A stretch of DNA of 63,167 bases, filler included, from Globobulimina sp. (lineage: Eukaryota), in NCBI GenBank assembly GCA_003354225.1. It is 53 parts of 53 records of this genome, joined end to end, with 100 filler letters (N's around TTAATTAATTAA, not from the genome) between each part and the next. Parts side by side here need not be neighbours in the genome. Positions count along the whole stretch, not along the records: positions 60,882 to 61,974 come from PIVH01023733.1; positions 62,075 to 63,167 come from PIVH01023734.1; 51 more parts are not named here. One strand, 5' to 3'. Under the pieces are notes generated by a model, which saw nothing but the letters and a program-made list of their open reading frames with translations, did not search any database and was not told the DNA's origin. Positions 61,875 to 63,167 of this stretch are shown piece by piece. Each line of letters opens with the position of its first letter. Position 1 is the stretch's first letter. The translations under genes were made by a program, and so were the position numbers.

Positions 61875-61974
61875 CAATCCTAACCAATCCTAACCAATCC
61901 TAACCAATCCTAACCAATCCTAACCAATCCTAACCAATCCTAACCAATCCTAACCAATCCTAACCAATCCTAAC
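61875..61974 (+). repeat. Perfect 10-mer tandem repeat (CAATCCTAAC)10 = (TTAGGATTGG)n
   Basis: Ten exact copies running into the contig end. Confidence 0.98.
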
Positions 61975-62074
61975 NNNNNNNNNNNNNNNNNNNNNNNNNN
62001 NNNNNNNNNNNNNNNNNNTTAATTAATTAANNNNNNNNNNNNNNNNNNNNNNNNNNNNNNNNNNNNNNNNNNNN

Positions 62075-63141
62075 ATTTGCATACTACATATTTGTTCTTG
62101 GAATTCAGTTTGTGCCTCTTCCTTTTGTTCTAATTGTGATGTGAGGTTATCTATTTGTTGTGTGGTTTTTGTCTTGTACATATTATATTGTTGTATCCGT
62201 TCAGCAATAATAGATACCTGTTTTTCGACTTCCTGTTCTGCTACACCCAATCTGCCTTTCAATTCTATTATTTCCTTCTTCAAATCCCGATTCACTTGTT
62301 GTTGATCCTTAATATGGCCGATCAATTCGATGGTTCTCGCTTCAGCTAAAATATTACAAAAATTAAAAGCGTCACACTTCGAATGTTCATTAAATAATGT
62401 CGGTATGCCGGTTTGATTGTTGTTCATTACGGTAGAACCATCCGGTACTTGAGGTTCTGTCAGTTGCCGATATACTGAACGTGCTTTATTACGGCTCAGC
62501 CTTCTTGAATAGTCTAAAAATGACTTCAAAGAAAGTGAAGCTGATAAAGCATTATCGTCACTGGAAATACCGTTCATAACTTGAGTTACCTCTGTTTCCG
62601 ATTCTGGTTCCCCAGCCATTAAACCCGACGCAACCATACGACTGACTGTCAATTGATTAGCTAACAAAAAAATCATGGACACTTCTTCGAATCTTCTAAG
62701 TCCAGAATCAGCAATGTCAGGTTGTACGTAAGGTCTATACCCGTACAAAACTAGTTCGGTCGTTGTCACATTAGTTAACGGTATTTTACTAACACTAGAG
62801 CATCCCGTAACATTTTGGGCGTCGGTCACGGGCACATTTACATGTGTACTGTACGAACGGCTATTTCGACTCAAACATTGTACATTAATTAAAGGTACTG
62901 ACCTGTCTGTATTAGCACTCGTTTCTTCGGTCTGAACTGGCCCTGTCTTTTGTTGCATATCATGGAGTCGTCTTCTTATTTGTCGCATTACGGTCTTTTG
63001 TTGCATTTCCCGATTTTCCATTGATTGTTCATCTATTCCAACTGAGCCGTCTCTTTCTGTTAAATTCACATTTTGTCTTGAACATTGTGGTTCTTCGCCA
63101 TCGATACTCATACCATTTATAGTCAATCTTTGTTCTGCCAT
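62075..63141 (-). CDS. Hypothetical coiled-coil protein (3' partial)
   Basis: Intronless ORF of more than 350 aa with C-terminal heptads. Confidence 0.6.
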
Positions 63142-63167
63142 TTGATAATATCTGCAAACTACACAAA

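Noticed and set aside
61875-61974. True chromosome end
   Set aside because: The C-rich strand points to the contig end, the wrong polarity for a telomere.

Overview
This window is not a contiguous locus. It is 53 unrelated contigs of 1093-1095 bp, sorted by decreasing length and joined by an artificial 100-bp linker (N44-TTAATTAATTAA-N44, stops in all six frames), so adjacency across a linker means nothing. Most contigs come from an AT-rich eukaryote with short (mostly 54-75 bp) GT-AG introns and the standard code. Its gene families (TRAF-like RING/coiled-coil proteins, HFDISxEN kinases, 7TM-RGS and other 7TM proteins, ART-like YHG/STS proteins, PT-repeat surface proteins) suggest a foraminiferan or other rhizarian, which is an inference. 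Recognisable genes include H2A (with a histone 3' stem-loop), EMC2, MIOX, acid ceramidase, an SLC26/STAS transporter, an actin-related protein, SUN proteins, SDRs, an ACL5-like aminopropyltransferase, a RING-PARP, a DIRS-type tyrosine recombinase and several LINE fragments. Two contigs are bacterial, one is a bacterial/eukaryotic chimera, and a few look animal-derived. The two most striking elements are (i) a ~585-bp putative Pol III unit made of a tRNA-derived head, nine palindromic 20-bp repeats with short spacers, a terminal hairpin and a T6 run (5288-5872), and (ii) a probable Polinton/Maverick terminus carrying a Bcl-2-like gene that ends in a CaaX motif instead of a transmembrane anchor (41794-42812). 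All calls are from motif recognition by eye; no searches were run.
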